DNA of 64,000 nucleotides, from positions 741,487 to 805,486 of the forward strand of contig NW_004797419.1 in assembly GCF_000002075.1 (NCBI RefSeq), written 5' to 3'. The position numbers were made by a program, and so were the translations under genes. The stretch is from Aplysia californica (Eukaryota). The notes beneath the pieces are model-generated. The model made no database searches and was not told the DNA's origin. It was given only the letters and a program-made list of their open reading frames with translations. Each line of letters opens with the position of its first letter. Position 1 is the first letter of the stretch. Shown here one piece after another: positions 48,401 through 63,400 of the stretch.

Positions 48401-51400
48401 CTCACAGAGATCTGTTCCCATGGGAGATGATATTGAAACTGTAAGTGATCTAGCCCTTTCATGTTGTGGAAAAGTGATGTTTTATAGCTTGTTGCTCAGA
48501 ATTAAAAAGTAGTGTACAGGGGCTCTTGAGGTAAGGTGTTTTCATTCAAAAGGTCCAGGTATCAGACCTGACAGCGACGATCAAAAATTTTATTTTTTCC
48601 GTCTCCTTTCTTGTTCCCTGATCCTGTTCTCTGGACCTGTTCTCTGGTCCTGTTCTGTTGTCTGCTGTCTTCTCCACTTTCTCTCCTCCACCACCCCCAC
48701 CCCCACCTCCTGTGGGCTCCTCTCTCCATTACTCCTGCCTCTTTCTACTGTTTGTCCTGGCTCCTTCTTACTGCTGTCTGTCAGACTCACCCTTGATCTT
48801 TGTGTAGGTAGGATTGATCACCAAACCTTTACGGATGAGGGCTTGGTGGTCCTAAGATTGATGAGAGTAGACTTCAGCTACCAGGGGGATAAAAGTTTAA
48901 AATTAATTCCTACCAAAACTAAAAATACTCTATAATATACCTTTGAAATCGGAGTGTGGCTGCCTGAAGGCAAGGGGCCCTACAAAATAGGAAAAACGTT
49001 CACATACATAAAAATCAGTTGCACTGCTGGGTGAAAAACCATGGGATTTAGCAGGGGAATGTAAAGAAGAAGAAAAGTAATGTGGGCTTCACCTGCAGGA
49101 CAATTGTTCATCACGGAGAGCATTTATTTTGAGAGATTTCTACTGAGCAGTGCCAGCACATGATTGTCAGTTTCACTCACAGTCACAGTGTGCCTTACTC
49201 CAAACAGGGGGCATCTGGAACATATCTTGTAACTTTGTTTGTGGCATTCTTTCATACTCACTTAAAAAAAAATAATAACCACTCAGTATATTTATTTGCT
49301 GTTGTACCTTTCAGAAAGCAGTAATCAAGCCTATAGCAGGTGGAATGTTGAAAGAACCGAAAGCAAATGTCTTCAAAATGTTTGGAAAAAGAGGTAAGAT
49401 TCTTCTTCTGTGCAACTTGTCTTTACATACATAGTGAAAAGGTTCCTTTTTTAAAAGTGCAGTCTCTAGAAGAGACAAAGTCATTTTTACTCGATTACAC
49501 ATCAAACACACAGCCCTTATGCACAAATACCTCCTTCAGGAAGATGAGAAGCCGTTCTGTGTCGGATGTGACACAGATTTTACCATTAGACACATTTTAA
49601 CCGAATGTCTAGTTCTGGAAGGATAACAACAACTGAATGTCTAGACTGCGGAGAGACCTGAAAGAAGTATTTTAAATTCAAACAATTGCAAGATCTGTTT
49701 TCCGCCGTTGTTCCCAACAGAATTTTGGATTTTATGAAGGCCATTGGCCTTTATGGGAAATTATTAAGTGAAATAAAATTGTTAAAATGTTTATGTTATT
49801 TAAAAGAGTTGTTTTAAATTGAAAATATTTTTACACCGAATTTTAATATTTTAACATTTTAAAATCTGATAGTTGACCCGCGGTGCCGTGAACTTGTGTT
49901 TCGCACGCTCGTATGACCTTATGCAGTTGCGAGCGCCGTAAAACCTCATACTAAACTTAAACTAAAAGTGCAGTGCCATCTTGCTTTCAGTACAGATACA
50001 TTAAAAAGATCAAGATAATGTTGAGGCTCGTATAATGTCCACAATGAAGTAGCCTAAATATATTAAATATCATTGAATGGGAATCTGCAATAAGTTTTAC
50101 AAAGTGCATTTAATAGAAACAGTTTTTTTAATACAAGCTATGATGATCAGCATTCTTCATCATGGTCCTCGTGCTTTGCAAGACATAACGATTACATGCG
50201 CCACACGTACGTCACAGTGGCAACTTGGTTTCTTTGCCGTATAAGAAAAGATGACTAATGACGTATGTCATATAGGTCACGGAGGAGTTTAGATGAAAGT
50301 CTGAAAGAACAAGGTCAGGACTAACCGTAGGATGCAGCAGTACCTTCCAGCTGTGTGCAGACTACAATAGTCTTGCTGGAGAATAATTTCCATTTCCAGA
50401 TATCCAGATCTCTTTTGGTGCAAGGTTTCATGCAGCTTGTCAAGTGTTTCATTAACAGTCAGCGCGGCACTCCATATCGAGAAGCAGACACCTTTGACGT
50501 CCCAACTAAACATAATGGTCTACAGTTTCTTGAATGATAAATAATCTTTGGATTTTTTTACTTTTCTGGAGTATTATGACGCAACTAAGTCTTTTTGCCT
50601 TTAATTACGTGCTCTAAAGAAGTCACAGTAGTTGGTGTCAAGTCACAGAATGTCTCTTTAACATTCCTACCAGCTCTGATTGCAATGCCAACACCTTTCT
50701 CAGCACAGTTTTAAATATTTTCGGTCAGTTTTTTTTAGGCCCTTGATACTCTGGTTGTTCATACACAGTTTCATGAACAACCTATATGGCTCAGTCACGA
50801 GCCATAGCAATTTCATAAATTTTCAAACACCTATCTTCTTGAATAAGTGTGTCAGCTCCCTGTATGTTGGCTTTTGACTTTGAAATCTGCGGGCACCCTG
50901 CGCGTGGCTTTTCTTCCAGATGTGTCTGTTTCGCTTAAAACAAACTGCACCAGTGATATTCCTACATTTTGTTCATTACATTTTCTCCGTACTCTACGAT
51001 GAGTTAGTTGAACATGCCAATGGGATCTTTTGTTTTGCACATAAAACTTGACAACATGAGAAGTGGGGACAAGAGAGGTGAGCAAAGAAAGGCTAACAAA
51101 GAAGCTCAAGTCGTTAAGTCGAGTAACATGTAGAAACTCATTTTGAATCGTTGCAATTTTCTAAATTGGTGTAAATGATCTGAGGAAATAAAAGACAACA
51201 GATCTTTGGATTAAAAACCTGATTTAAAAATCCTTTCACCTTTTATTAGAACTGCTAATACCATATATCTATCTCAAACAATTTATTTGGAAAGTATTGT
51301 TTCGTGGAAATTGTCTTGAATGTAGTTGCTAAGTTAATAGCTATCCCTCGTCAACACATATTTTGCAGCCTGCAAGTTAGTCCATATGAATTGTTTTGAT

Positions 51401-54400
51401 CACTGTGAAAGGCTAAAAGTGTTCAATAACAACCTGTGCTGTTCCATTTCAGATTATGGCTGTGAATGTAGACAAGAAGTCAAAAAATGTTGGCAACAGA
51501 GGTTAAAGTTTCATAGTTGACACTTTTTATTTGTTGGATGTCTTTGTGATATTTTTGCCTTCTGTTTGCATTGGACTTTTGTTGCCCTTGGATGCTACTG
51601 CATGTTTTCTGATCAGTATCATTGAGTAGAAAGAATTCTCATTGGGTTTTTTTTTTGCGTTGTGTTAGAATTTAAGACTACAGCTGTGGTGTTAGGTTTG
51701 TTTCCGCCCCTGTTGGGCTTTCTCGATCCCGATTTTCTACCTACATGTATTGTGGGAGCACGTCTTGTATTTTAGAGCTGGATCAAGTTGTAATCTTTCT
51801 GTCCAATGCCTTTTCCCCAAAGGTGTGGTATATACTTATAAATTCCGATGCCACATGTTGATGTTTTTTTTGTTTCATCAAGATGTGGCCTATACTATAC
51901 TTATAAGTTATTGCACGGGCAGTCACTCAGAGCAGTCAAACATTTGTAGTGGGCCCTGTTTTCCTGATATTGAAGGCAAGATTATACAACTATGTAACGT
52001 ATACTTGTGGAAACAGCCTGTAGTTTTCTTCTTTGACACATTTTCAGTGACAAAGGAGAACCAATACATTCTTTTGGTACAGGTCAGCATTCTGTTAGCC
52101 AATAGAAAAATGTTTTGCATTGAACTGCCGTCATTTTGAAAAATACAGTAAATGCAGTTTTTACAATTTTACAGGAGAGCCAAAAAACTGAATGTTATTA
52201 TGGGTAAAACATTTGCTTTAAAGATAATACGAATTGGTATGTGTACGGCTCCCTCCTCTTCACATAAATAAGCTAGGCTTTATAGGCGGCACATAAACTA
52301 TCAAACCGGACACCACAAGTGGACAAACTTAAACCCAGGAAGCGCGTAGGCACTTTATAAAGGGGGTGAGCCGGGCTACCCGGGAAGCCGCAGCCCCTAT
52401 AGGGCTGACCTGCTTTGATTGGGAAGCGCACAGCTATATAAAGGGCATAGATGTTGACCTTTTTTCAATGGAAAATTTCAGTATTCCTTATATGGAAAAT
52501 AACGTAGTAAATTACAGGTCAAAGTTATAAATAGCCACCAGTGACTTTGCAAGTTATCTTGACCTCGTAGAGTGTCTCTTGGCCAAAGATCGTACATAGC
52601 AAGAAAGTTCACTCAGCGAAAAAAGTGTCCATGGAAGTCTGCGCACTGGTTCAGATGATACTTCAGTTTTTGAAGCTCTCTTTCGTTTCTCCAGAAGAAG
52701 AATAGAAATAGCAGTTTGTTTGTTTCACTTTTATTTTTTATTTTCACACAAGTAGGGTAACTCTGGTCACAAAGTCCACACTTTTTCGAAGAGGGCACCT
52801 CCGAATTTTGAAAACCCTTTTTTATTTGGTTCAAATAGAGAAGTGATGAGTGAACTATCTTGGTACACACGATCTTAGTCTTGGCCAAGATATCGATCGA
52901 TAAAGTGACGCGATCCAGCTGAGAGATTATCAAGGCTGTGACTTTAAAGGGCTGTACGTAGGGAGCCGTAAGCATAGCCACAGGCAAGATAACAAGGAAG
53001 CTATATTATTATCAAAATCAAATGATTAAAATTATAGATTTGGGATGTTCGAAAGTTTTTTTTCTTGGTAACAATATTCAAAGTTTTTTAACTCGCCTTT
53101 AAAATTTTAAAGTTTGCTTCTAATGTATTTTTAAAAAAGATGACAGTGAAATTTACCCTATTTTCGAGATGTGTTTAATATTTAAGGTATAAAATGGAAT
53201 CGGCTCTAAGCATCCAATTCAAGGCTCTTTGCTCAAATATATAATATATCTGCAATGATGCATAATAGCTTGTTTTCTTCCGTCTGTCCTCAGATAAAAC
53301 AGGATGAAAACAAATTACACAGTTAAATCCACTCAGGTCTTTGCAAGTGGGTCTAAAAGTTGGATGACCAAAAGAATCTAAAAACCCATTAATGAAGTCC
53401 ATTGTAAACTAAAGTTCCGGCACATTTTCTGTGATGTTAGTCTGAAGTGGGTAAAGAGACATAGTAGGGGATCTACAGAATACACCTAAAACATTTTTTA
53501 AAAGTTCTAGTAATTTCAACCCCACACTTTAACTCGTGGCTATGAAACAAGGTTCAACAGACGGATGAGTACTTTTCGAAACTCATGTGTTGATGTCTAG
53601 ACAGTCTTGAGGGGGGGGGGGAAACCACGTGATTATGCTGAAACATGGGGGCATAGTCGTGTTGTTGTCTCAAAGAGCAATTTATAGGCTGGAACTCTGT
53701 AAATCATTTATTGTACTGATCCTGTGTTTGCAACCAAAGGAGGATATTTAATACAAGGCCCAAATACAGAATCTCTTTTTTATTACTGGATTCAGATTTT
53801 TTTAAAATATATTTTTGTTTGGTCACTGGCCAACAGTAATACCATACAAAGTTACATGATGTGCAGTGGAAAATAAATAAATGAACTAGAATTTTATTAA
53901 CATGGACAGTTAATAGTGAACAAGCTCTAGAAGGAACTTCAGTAAGATTTTTTAAAAACTTACCTCAAAGCACCAGTTGAAGGCTGTTCTTGGGAGGGAA
54001 AAAAAGATGACTAGTACAGTATTTATCAACTCTCCTTGTTAAGCTAAGGGTTTTCTTTTCTTTCTTTTTTTTTTGTATATCTGAAATTAATGCACAGTGT
54101 CAATATTTATGCTCATAATGAAAATGCATTGTTTTTAACTTGAATATTTTGATACATGAAAAAAAAAAAAAAAAAAAAATTAAAATCAGTTTGCTTTTTG
54201 GGAACTTTCATTTTTGCACTGCATTTCTAGTACTTTTACGCGGACACCAAAGGTACATACTCATCTCTTGTTATAATTTGGAAAGTCTTATAACAAGGAA
54301 CACAAAAACATAGAGAATTTTCCGGTTGCTTTAAGAGGTTTTTTATTTGAAAATTTTAGGCTTGAGAAGAGGATAGTACGGTAGAGATGGGATGGTTTTG

Positions 54401-57400
54401 TTAACTCCTCATCATCACTTTTGAAGACCAATGGAGAAGTGCATGACAGACTTTTTAATAAGCAAGTCACTGGACCTTTGGAAGACCTCCTGACAACACT
54501 AGAGTAATGCAGGCTCAAGTGGTATGGACACATCGCATGTACAGGGTCTTAATGGTTTGCCAAGACAATCAGTGGAGGAGACAGAGAAGAAGAGATAGAC
54601 AAAGGAAGAAATATGAGACTGTCCAATAATGGACAGGCCTGAAGTTGAATGATGCACAGAGAGAGGCTAAGAGAACAGGTGGTGGAACTGGCTGCTGAAT
54701 CATCTTTGGTGCCTTAACGGTGGATGACAATGGAAGGAGTATTACTTACTTTTGTTTTTTCCTTTCACTGGTACTGGTAGGTGATGCAGGGAGCAACGAT
54801 TGTCTGCCAGCTGGGAGTTGAGTGGCTTGGAGGAGGGCCAAGTCATGGGCTCTGAGGATGTCCTTTACAGTTTAGTCCATTTATAATGGCCTCTGTTATA
54901 ACATGAACTTGGATATAACAGTGATAATTCAAATCCCCTTTTTTTTTCCTCTATAAATATATAAGTAATATGAACCTGACTATAACAGGGTTCAATTTGC
55001 GCAGACTCAGATATAACAGTGATCTTGCAGCGCATGAACTTGCTTTCAGTCCATCAAATTATTAAAATTTGTCTCAACCAAGACATTTCGCTTGTTTGTA
55101 TGATCGCTTTCCAAAACACAAACTTTCAAACACATCCCCCCCCATAGTGTTGGGGTCACTGATTGGTCTGTCTCAGTGTAAGCAAAACAGCCTACAGGAA
55201 AAGTATCTACGGTAGTCGAATATATATAGTAAGATGAAGGTGCAATGGTACTGGTAGTTTCCCTTGATAACAGTTACAACAGGACTCACTTATAACAGGG
55301 TAAAAACTACCAGTCCCGTCCGTCCTGTAAAATTTGACTATACAAGGTTGCTTCAATGACCTATCGGATGAGGATAAAGTACAAACAGGTTGATGTTTTT
55401 TGTCTTGCGGGAAACCACTGTCAGTTTACTAGCTCTAGCCAGGGTGTTGCTCTGTTACTGGATTGTCTCCCTTTGACTTGGGTTAATGTGAAACATTACC
55501 TTCTGTGGAGTGTTATAACTGGCTGTATTTTGTTTTTCCAGCAAATGCAGCAGAACCTTCCATTTGAACCATACAGGCAGAAGATCTCCGCTATCTGATG
55601 AATATGGTATGGTATGATTTTTACACTTGATTTTCATTTGTATTTGTGTTAGAAAAGGGTGGACTTTTGTATGAAGAGTGCGTCTACATTTCCTCTGGTT
55701 ATTCAAGTGAAATGGGGAACTCTGGTGGCACCATAGATAGAGCATCATCTGTAGTTTGATCATAATAATATACCTGCTCTTTTCTTACTATTTTTTTCAT
55801 AAGGAAAGATCAAAGTGTTGTTTTACTTTGATGAGATAATCTGCTATAGTAATGTTCATAATAGACAGGTGGTGGGGATTGTCCTAAGCCCAGCGCCAGA
55901 ATGTTTCATTTGCTGTATATTATGATGTTGGTCTTGAAGAGACATGTAGATTTTTGGTCCACTGTATTGTGATGTCACTGAAAAGTATGGGGGGAGGAGG
56001 GGAATTGCAAGGGCAATGGTGAGACTTAATAGGGCAGCCATGGACAAAGAAACAAGTGAATGGAAGAGACAACGAACACTTGGATTTGAGTATACATTGC
56101 TAAAGCACTTTTAAGTTCTGGTGTGGTTCACATGAAAGAATTTTTTAAAAACCAAACGGTGAATCTTGCACAAACCTGACCTGGTTGTTCATGAACTTTG
56201 TCAGTTGAAGAAACTGCTCATATAAACAAGCTCTGTGGGACACTGTTGGCTGTGTCCTGTTATACTTACACTGTGACACATTTAGAACAGACGTCTTTAT
56301 TGTTACTGATAAAAAAATTATCATGTTCGTTGCATCTTTTTAATAACAAACAGTTGGATATCATTCAACAAACTTGGAGGCTGGGCCCAACGACTTCAGT
56401 GTGAGCAATTTCACTGTATCTGTTCTTAAAACACACAGAGCTACAAGATAGTCCTGAACTTTTTTATGTATTCATATGTGTTCCTCTTACATTTCTTGTT
56501 TCAGAACCAGTTTCAGCACTGTCGTCTTGTCGTGTGTACTCAATGAGAACGCAATCTCAAGGTGATGTTTTGACTGGGACAAATTACGAAGATAAACCAC
56601 AATTTTTCTTTGGCACACCTACATGTTCTGGACCTGAAAGTTCCATCTTCCTTCGTAAGTTGCTTTTTCATTACAGTTTAATACCTTGTGTCATCTTTCT
56701 CAACAGCACACTACCAAAGAATTCCAAAGTTCTATCTGACGCTTTTGGCTGTTTTGAGTTTCTAAGACCATGAGATCAAAACCCAAATGTTCTATCTGCT
56801 TTTTCACAATCATACAATAATTATTATTTGGAGTCGTTATAAATATATTTTTAAAATTGCATTTGGAAAAGCTTGACACGATGGGAAACTCAAACCTTTG
56901 ACATCAAACTTCTCAAGCTCATGTTTTCTCCATAACTTTTGTATTTTTCTTGACGCTTCTGTCACTTTGGGATATCGCTCGGCTTCTGCTATTTTGTCTC
57001 CTGTGCTATGATTATAAAACTGAAATATGGTCACTGATTGGTCTCACAAGGGTTGCAATGACAAAAAATATGCTTGACATTGCTGGTTTTTCCTGTTGTT
57101 AACATCCTGACATCGCTGGTTCTTCCATTGTGGACTATATTTTCTAACTCACAGAGACTGGCAGCGCTTATTTTTCCGTATATGACTTAGATGGACTAAA
57201 GCAGACCCAGCCAGGCATCATGCAGGAACAATAACCCAGAAATTAAGAAAAAAACTGACATCACTGGTTTTTTCCCTCATGCCCGTCATATTTTTAACTC
57301 CAGTATTAGCTCCAGGGTTCATTAGTTTGTCTACACATTGGATGTAAATGTATATGTTTCATGGAAACTGAAATTCATCGTGGGGGACTGAGTAGTCCAT

Positions 57401-60400
57401 GATAACTTCCAGCGTACTCTCTGTGTCCAATCCAGCAGCGACAGCGACCAGCTACAGCATGGACTCGTCCCAGAGCATTGAGCCAGCCATCAACATCTGT
57501 ATTAACCCTGAGGACATGGAGCTGGACCAAGATGATGATGGGGACAAGGACTCTGGCCTGTCTCTGGCCAAATACAATGCGTTTATTGCTTCAGCAAAGA
57601 AATTGGAAGCCGAGCAGCAAGCACTAAGACATATGCAAGAACACCAGTAAGTTATGTGGGCGAATTTTATACATTAATTGTCCGCAAATCTCAAGAATCC
57701 CGATTTTCCTGATTTTGATCGCGTGTATCATGATTTTTTTGTGCCATTTATGCCGGATTTAGTAGTTGACTCGCCCCAAGTTGTGTTGGATCTTTGCTTG
57801 CACACATTATTTCAACTATAATGGAAGTAATATCGATTTGCAATTTGGCCTTGCGACTTGGGACATTCTTAAGATCTACTTTCGCTTTGTTACCACTCAG
57901 AATTCTCTGATGATGGCCTGATAACTGTTTCAACTGCGACATACAAAAATGATCAATATTATTCATAGTTCTGCTGTTGGTTTCAAAGTAAGCTTTGCCC
58001 AAGTTCTGTTCAGTCGGGCCCATCAGTAAAACTTTCAATCGTGCGTTTGCATCACGTGACTTCGGCGTGTGAGTTTCGCGTGTGTCGGGGACCAACGGTT
58101 AATGGGGCCAACGTAAGTTCATCTGCAGGATTTTTTTTAAAAGGATAAAACACTACCACACACACACACACAGGGCCTATACATGGATATATATATATAT
58201 ATTCATGGACACTCCTGGAAAATGTTTAAGTCAGCTTGGCAGTCGCCTTGGTGATTTATCGTTGATCCCGATTTTTTCGCCCCTGAAATCCTGATTTTTA
58301 AATTTCATAGAGTGGCAGGTCTGATTTATCTGTGGTAGCTGACATCTGCACTTGTTTTTCATTCCACTGAAAAATGCTTAATTACTTTTTGCAAATCATC
58401 GGTTTCCAACTTGACTCAAGCCATGTATCAGTGGATAAAAATCAGACCTACCACTCATCCCGATTTAACCCTTTCGCACTTAGCAGGCTTGGCCAGCTGT
58501 GGCCCCCCATCCTTTAGACAAGGGCAACAACTCCACGAAAATTGAAGGGGTACCTTACTAAAAAAATTGTATAAAATCACAAACACAACCAAAAAATGAT
58601 GAAAATAGTATTTTCTGAAAAGAAAATGAATGAGCTAAATTACTAGTACAAAATTGTAAGTGGAACATTCACAGAGATTGAAGCCTCTGGTGGAAACTTG
58701 AAAGCACCTAAAAGACTTTTCTTTGAGTGTTTTTATTTTGTTTCTGCCATTCTCATATCGGGCAGCTTTGCGCCCATGCATCTTAGAGACATGATGGCGT
58801 GTTTACAACTAAAATCTCTTCCGACTTTTGTTTCCGCTCATCATCAAGACCTGTCTGTGGAACTTGCATACACTCGTTCACATCACTTGACATGACCGCG
58901 TGCGTGTGAGTAGCGCGTGTCGAGGACCGTCAACTGTCGGGGTCAACAAAGTTCACTCACACCGGTCGCATTGGTCGAGGTGTTTTTCAGGACTTAGCCA
59001 GTGGGGGAACCACTGTGGGGGATGGGGTGGGGGTATTTTTTTGATACTCTGGCTTAAAGTGCGTGCAATAATACGTGTAGGCCTACTCATTGAGGACACA
59101 TAAAGGAAAAAGAAATGATGAACAACCTTGACGCGATTTTGTCAAACGTTGTAACTGTATGAAAACGCATGCCTTTTGCATGGATGATTAGAGTTATGTG
59201 TAAGCTATTTTCAAGACTACGAGAGTTTTAGCGTCACTGCAACCTGCACTCCCCCAGTCTGAACCGAGTAGCTTACGTGCTCTCTGATCAATTTCCTCCC
59301 CTCTGCTTTGAGGTCCAAATGTGAACTTATTCCTGCAAAAGTTTTGTAAAGGGAACCACCCCCCCAGTGCCCCATATAACTAGGTAGCGTAAACTCGGCC
59401 TCGTGGGCACTTGCGGCCTTCTGAGCACGTGGTATCGAGGAAATTCAGACCGCTGTTTCTTTGCTCTTTCGCCACAAAACACTAAATGCTGAACACCTTG
59501 TAAAAGTTCAGCTTTTCTTCGTTACAATGGTGTAAGTTGTTTATATGTCCGATTATTAGGAGCTGGAGAATCGCCATGGAAAGTGATGCCCCTCGCGGTT
59601 GGAATGCGTGGTCGGCTGGTTCAAAAATTGACATGTGTGCATTCAAATGCTTCGCCGAAGGTTTGATGATTAAATACCGTCTTGTCATTGGCGGAGCACT
59701 GCAGAGCTTTAAGAGGGCTTTCCCGTGGTGTATTTTTGGCTTTTGATGTTTAAATAGAAAGCCTTTAAAAATACCGTTAAAGTTTTCAAAGATCCTTTTT
59801 TACACGAAATATGTAAAATACCGGCTTGAAAAAGGTAGCAATGAAAAGATCAGTTCTTTTTCTATTAGAATAAAGTAATTGACTTGGAATTAGTTTGCAT
59901 CAATCCTTGCATCAACTTGGAAAGTACACTACAGTATAGTGACAACTCGCTCGCCGCGGGGGGCCGGTGGGGCGCCGGCCAGGTCAACGCTCGGTGTTTT
60001 TGTCGAAATGACGACAGATCATCGTGTTTGAGGTGATAAAATACTGATTTGTAATGATCTCACAGTCTTGAAAAAAATTAGGCTTCATATCTATGTTATA
60101 GTGATTGTATTCTGTTAATGTGGAGATGGTTGGTGCTCTTGGTACTCTTTTATTATCTGTCAAACATGGGGTTGCAGCCAGTTTGCGACTTAAACAAATT
60201 TGATCATATTTAAAACTGCTACCATTTTCTTAAAAATTGACTGAGATGTTAAAGAATGGTATCAAAATTCTCAGGATATATAGGCCTTTCATAAGAAACA
60301 GATAAATTTGGCATGCAGCTACTTTGAAAATTTTGTTTCCAGTACTTTTTATAACTGATTTGCGGTTGATCCCGATTTTTTTCACCAGATCCGATTTTTT

Positions 60401-63400
60401 ATACTCTTGAAATCCTGATTTTTAGAGTTCATACAGTGGCAGGTCTGTATACATATGTTTCAGCTTTGGATGAGTCCCACACTTTCAAAAGGCTAAACAT
60501 TTGATCAGTTTCTATTTGAGGTATTTTCGGCGGAAGGGGGGGGGAGGGAAATGATCTGTACAACAAGCTCTTAGAATGGGTATTCCCTTGCGTATGTTCA
60601 TGATGTCCTGATTTTCAATCTCCACTTTACTGGAACCTTGTTTTTGTAGAAAAAAGAATTTGCCTACTTGATGTCATGATGTTTGTGGTGCTGGGAGTGG
60701 AGGCAATGCGATGACGAATAAACATTTGTGTTTATGACTTCCTCAGTTTGCATGGAAAGGAAATTTCAGGAACAAGAGACGACTGGAGTTTAGCAGGCCA
60801 CCAACGATCCCTGACAGGCTCACAAAATTTTTTGGGTCAAGAAGGATCTCGGTTCGGCCTTCACAGTTCTAATGGGAAAGTTTTTACTCAAACCAGTGCA
60901 CTCAGCTATCCCTCCTTTGGGTGAGATTATGTTACTTAAGGCAGATGATTGACACTTTTTAAGCATCTTTTAGTGAAAGTAAATGCAGTATCAAATATCT
61001 CATTACCAGTAATTGTCTTGTATTGTATTAGCAAATGATGCAGGGAAATTGATTAATAAAATTCAAAACTAGAACTAGAACTTGTCTTCCATGTGTCCAT
61101 GGCAGGTAGTTTTTATGGATCGGTGGCTGGATTTTACAGATTATCTCAATCAATGGTCAAATACTTCTTTTTTACCTTTGAATATCTTTACTTCCATAGT
61201 AGTTAGTAGACAACAGAAAATCTAAGAATTTTTTGTAAGAGTAACATACTGAACAAATTTTATGCATTATGAGATTTCTGCACTCCTTCAGTCCTTGACT
61301 CAACTCATTTAGTCATTCCAGTACCTGGCAGTCTCCAACTGTAGCTTTGGTTGATTCAGGTCTCATTATCGTTAATTTACTGGACTTGGTTTAGCTGTAT
61401 CTCGTGGAGACGGTGTTGAAACACATGTTTGATTGCCTCTTTGTACCAGATCTAGTAATTTAGTGCCCATGTCCGTAGTGGCCCAGTCTCACCCCCCTGA
61501 GAAGCACATTTATTTGTGGCCAGTTTGATCTCTCTGACCTTGGGGGGGGGCAGCTAATAAATCATTATGTGTTACGCCACTTCCACAGGCCGAAGGGCTC
61601 CACGCATGATGGCTTGATTTTTGCAAAATAATTCTGAATTTTTAACTTGAACACAGCATCCCTTTTATTCACCCTGTAAAGTAGGCATGCTGCCTGTCAA
61701 TTGTAAGTGTAACTTCTCTTTTGTAACTTCTGAGATGTCCTGAAAATATATTTATGTAGTTCAGTGGTGCATTATTGAAGTTTATGGATTTAAAAGTTTA
61801 AAAGCTTACGTAGAATATTTGGAGTGATAGACCTTGTTTTAAACTTCAGATTTTATTTTAACTCTTTATCTCCGAGGGGGGTAAACCCACTATGCCGGTG
61901 CCCTATTTTGGTACGAAATCTGAAATTGACATATTGTCACTAAATTGGTCATTAAATCAAAACAGGTAAACTAATTTTGACTGTTTTTCATCTAATGAAT
62001 GAACTCCCGATTAAAGAGACCTGTTTTGGGCAATTACCAAAGAGTAATTTGATGTCGTAAGTCATCGTAAAGGAATGTGCCCAAGCTGCTGTCACCTGGG
62101 AGTGGCTTGTCAGAGATAAAGAGTTAACGGTGTAAAAACATAGGATTCAAAACTCACAGTTGTACGGACCGGCCCACTTTGTGATTTCTGTTGTTCAAGT
62201 GGTAGACAAAAGCATGGGGAAGAAGTATTTTGTCGTCTGACTTTCTTGTTTACTTAACAACATATTTCTTTTTATATGCAAAACAGTACCATTGTCTATT
62301 GATCTTTCTAGTACTGTACTGACACTATCTAGTGTTTTTGATCAGTTCAGCTGAAAATTAAGAGATGAGAGCCTGTCTCATATGGAAGATAGTCTTGCAC
62401 AAAGTAGATTTTTTCTTTCACAAGCAGGAATGTTTCCATAGACCAACAATAGTGGCAAGACATCTGTGTTGCTTTGCAAGAATACAAGTTATATTTATGA
62501 AACTTGCTGTATTTCTGTGAACGGAAATTGAAGACTGTAAAAATCTGTTTTTCAACCTCTTTTGGGTTACCATAGGCCGTCCCCAAAGGGGGGATATAAA
62601 CATGTTCTTATGGACAGTAGAATTGTAAATTGGCTGATTTATCAATGTCATGCTCATACTGTGCCGGAACAACATAGGAGAAACTTGCTTTTTTTCCCCT
62701 CATCCTTACTATCGTCATTTTTCCACTACTTCTTTTTATGTATATTTGTCACTCTCTTGTGAACTGCTATTTCCAGGGTGCCTTGATAGTCGAAGCTGAC
62801 TTTGTTCTGTTGAGGCTAGAGAAGTGAACAGAGTAAGCCTGATTCCCCGTTTGGATTTCTCTGTTGACATCCTCCCCTTGGCGCTCATGTGACCTTATGC
62901 AGTTGCGAGTGCCGTAAATCATCACTAAAACAATGCTTGTATGTGACAATGAACCAATGTTCAAAAGATCTACTTTTTTAAACTATAAGAATTTATTTTC
63001 CTTTCTGTATCTCGTTACATATTATATTGTTATAATTGTCAGCTTCACTTGATTCTCTTTCATGTACATGTGTGTGAATATGCCCTTATGCTGTTGCACT
63101 TGCTTACAGTGTGGTGTCCCATGGTGCCCCAAGAACATTTGTCAGCAGCCAATCTGACCCATCCATCTCATTAGAGAAAGAGGACTGCTGTGATCATCAC
63201 TGTCTGTGCCCACTGCATCACTGGCAAAAGTTTAACCAATGCCACCAACTTCATGACTCTGGATGCGTGCCTTTGGCATACACAGGCAACATTCCTGAGA
63301 CTCGGACCGACCATAATCCTGTGGGGAAATGTCAGAGACACTCGACTAGCCGCATGCATGGACTTGCTAATTCTCGACATAAACTGCAGACAGCTCTTCA

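Noticed and set aside
50150-50350. CGAC/Cys-rich stretch first read as a piggyBac C-terminus
   Set aside because: Flanking motifs (SPDL..SDFHL, WDxKGV, EDR..I.EIA) show the region is a mariner relic.
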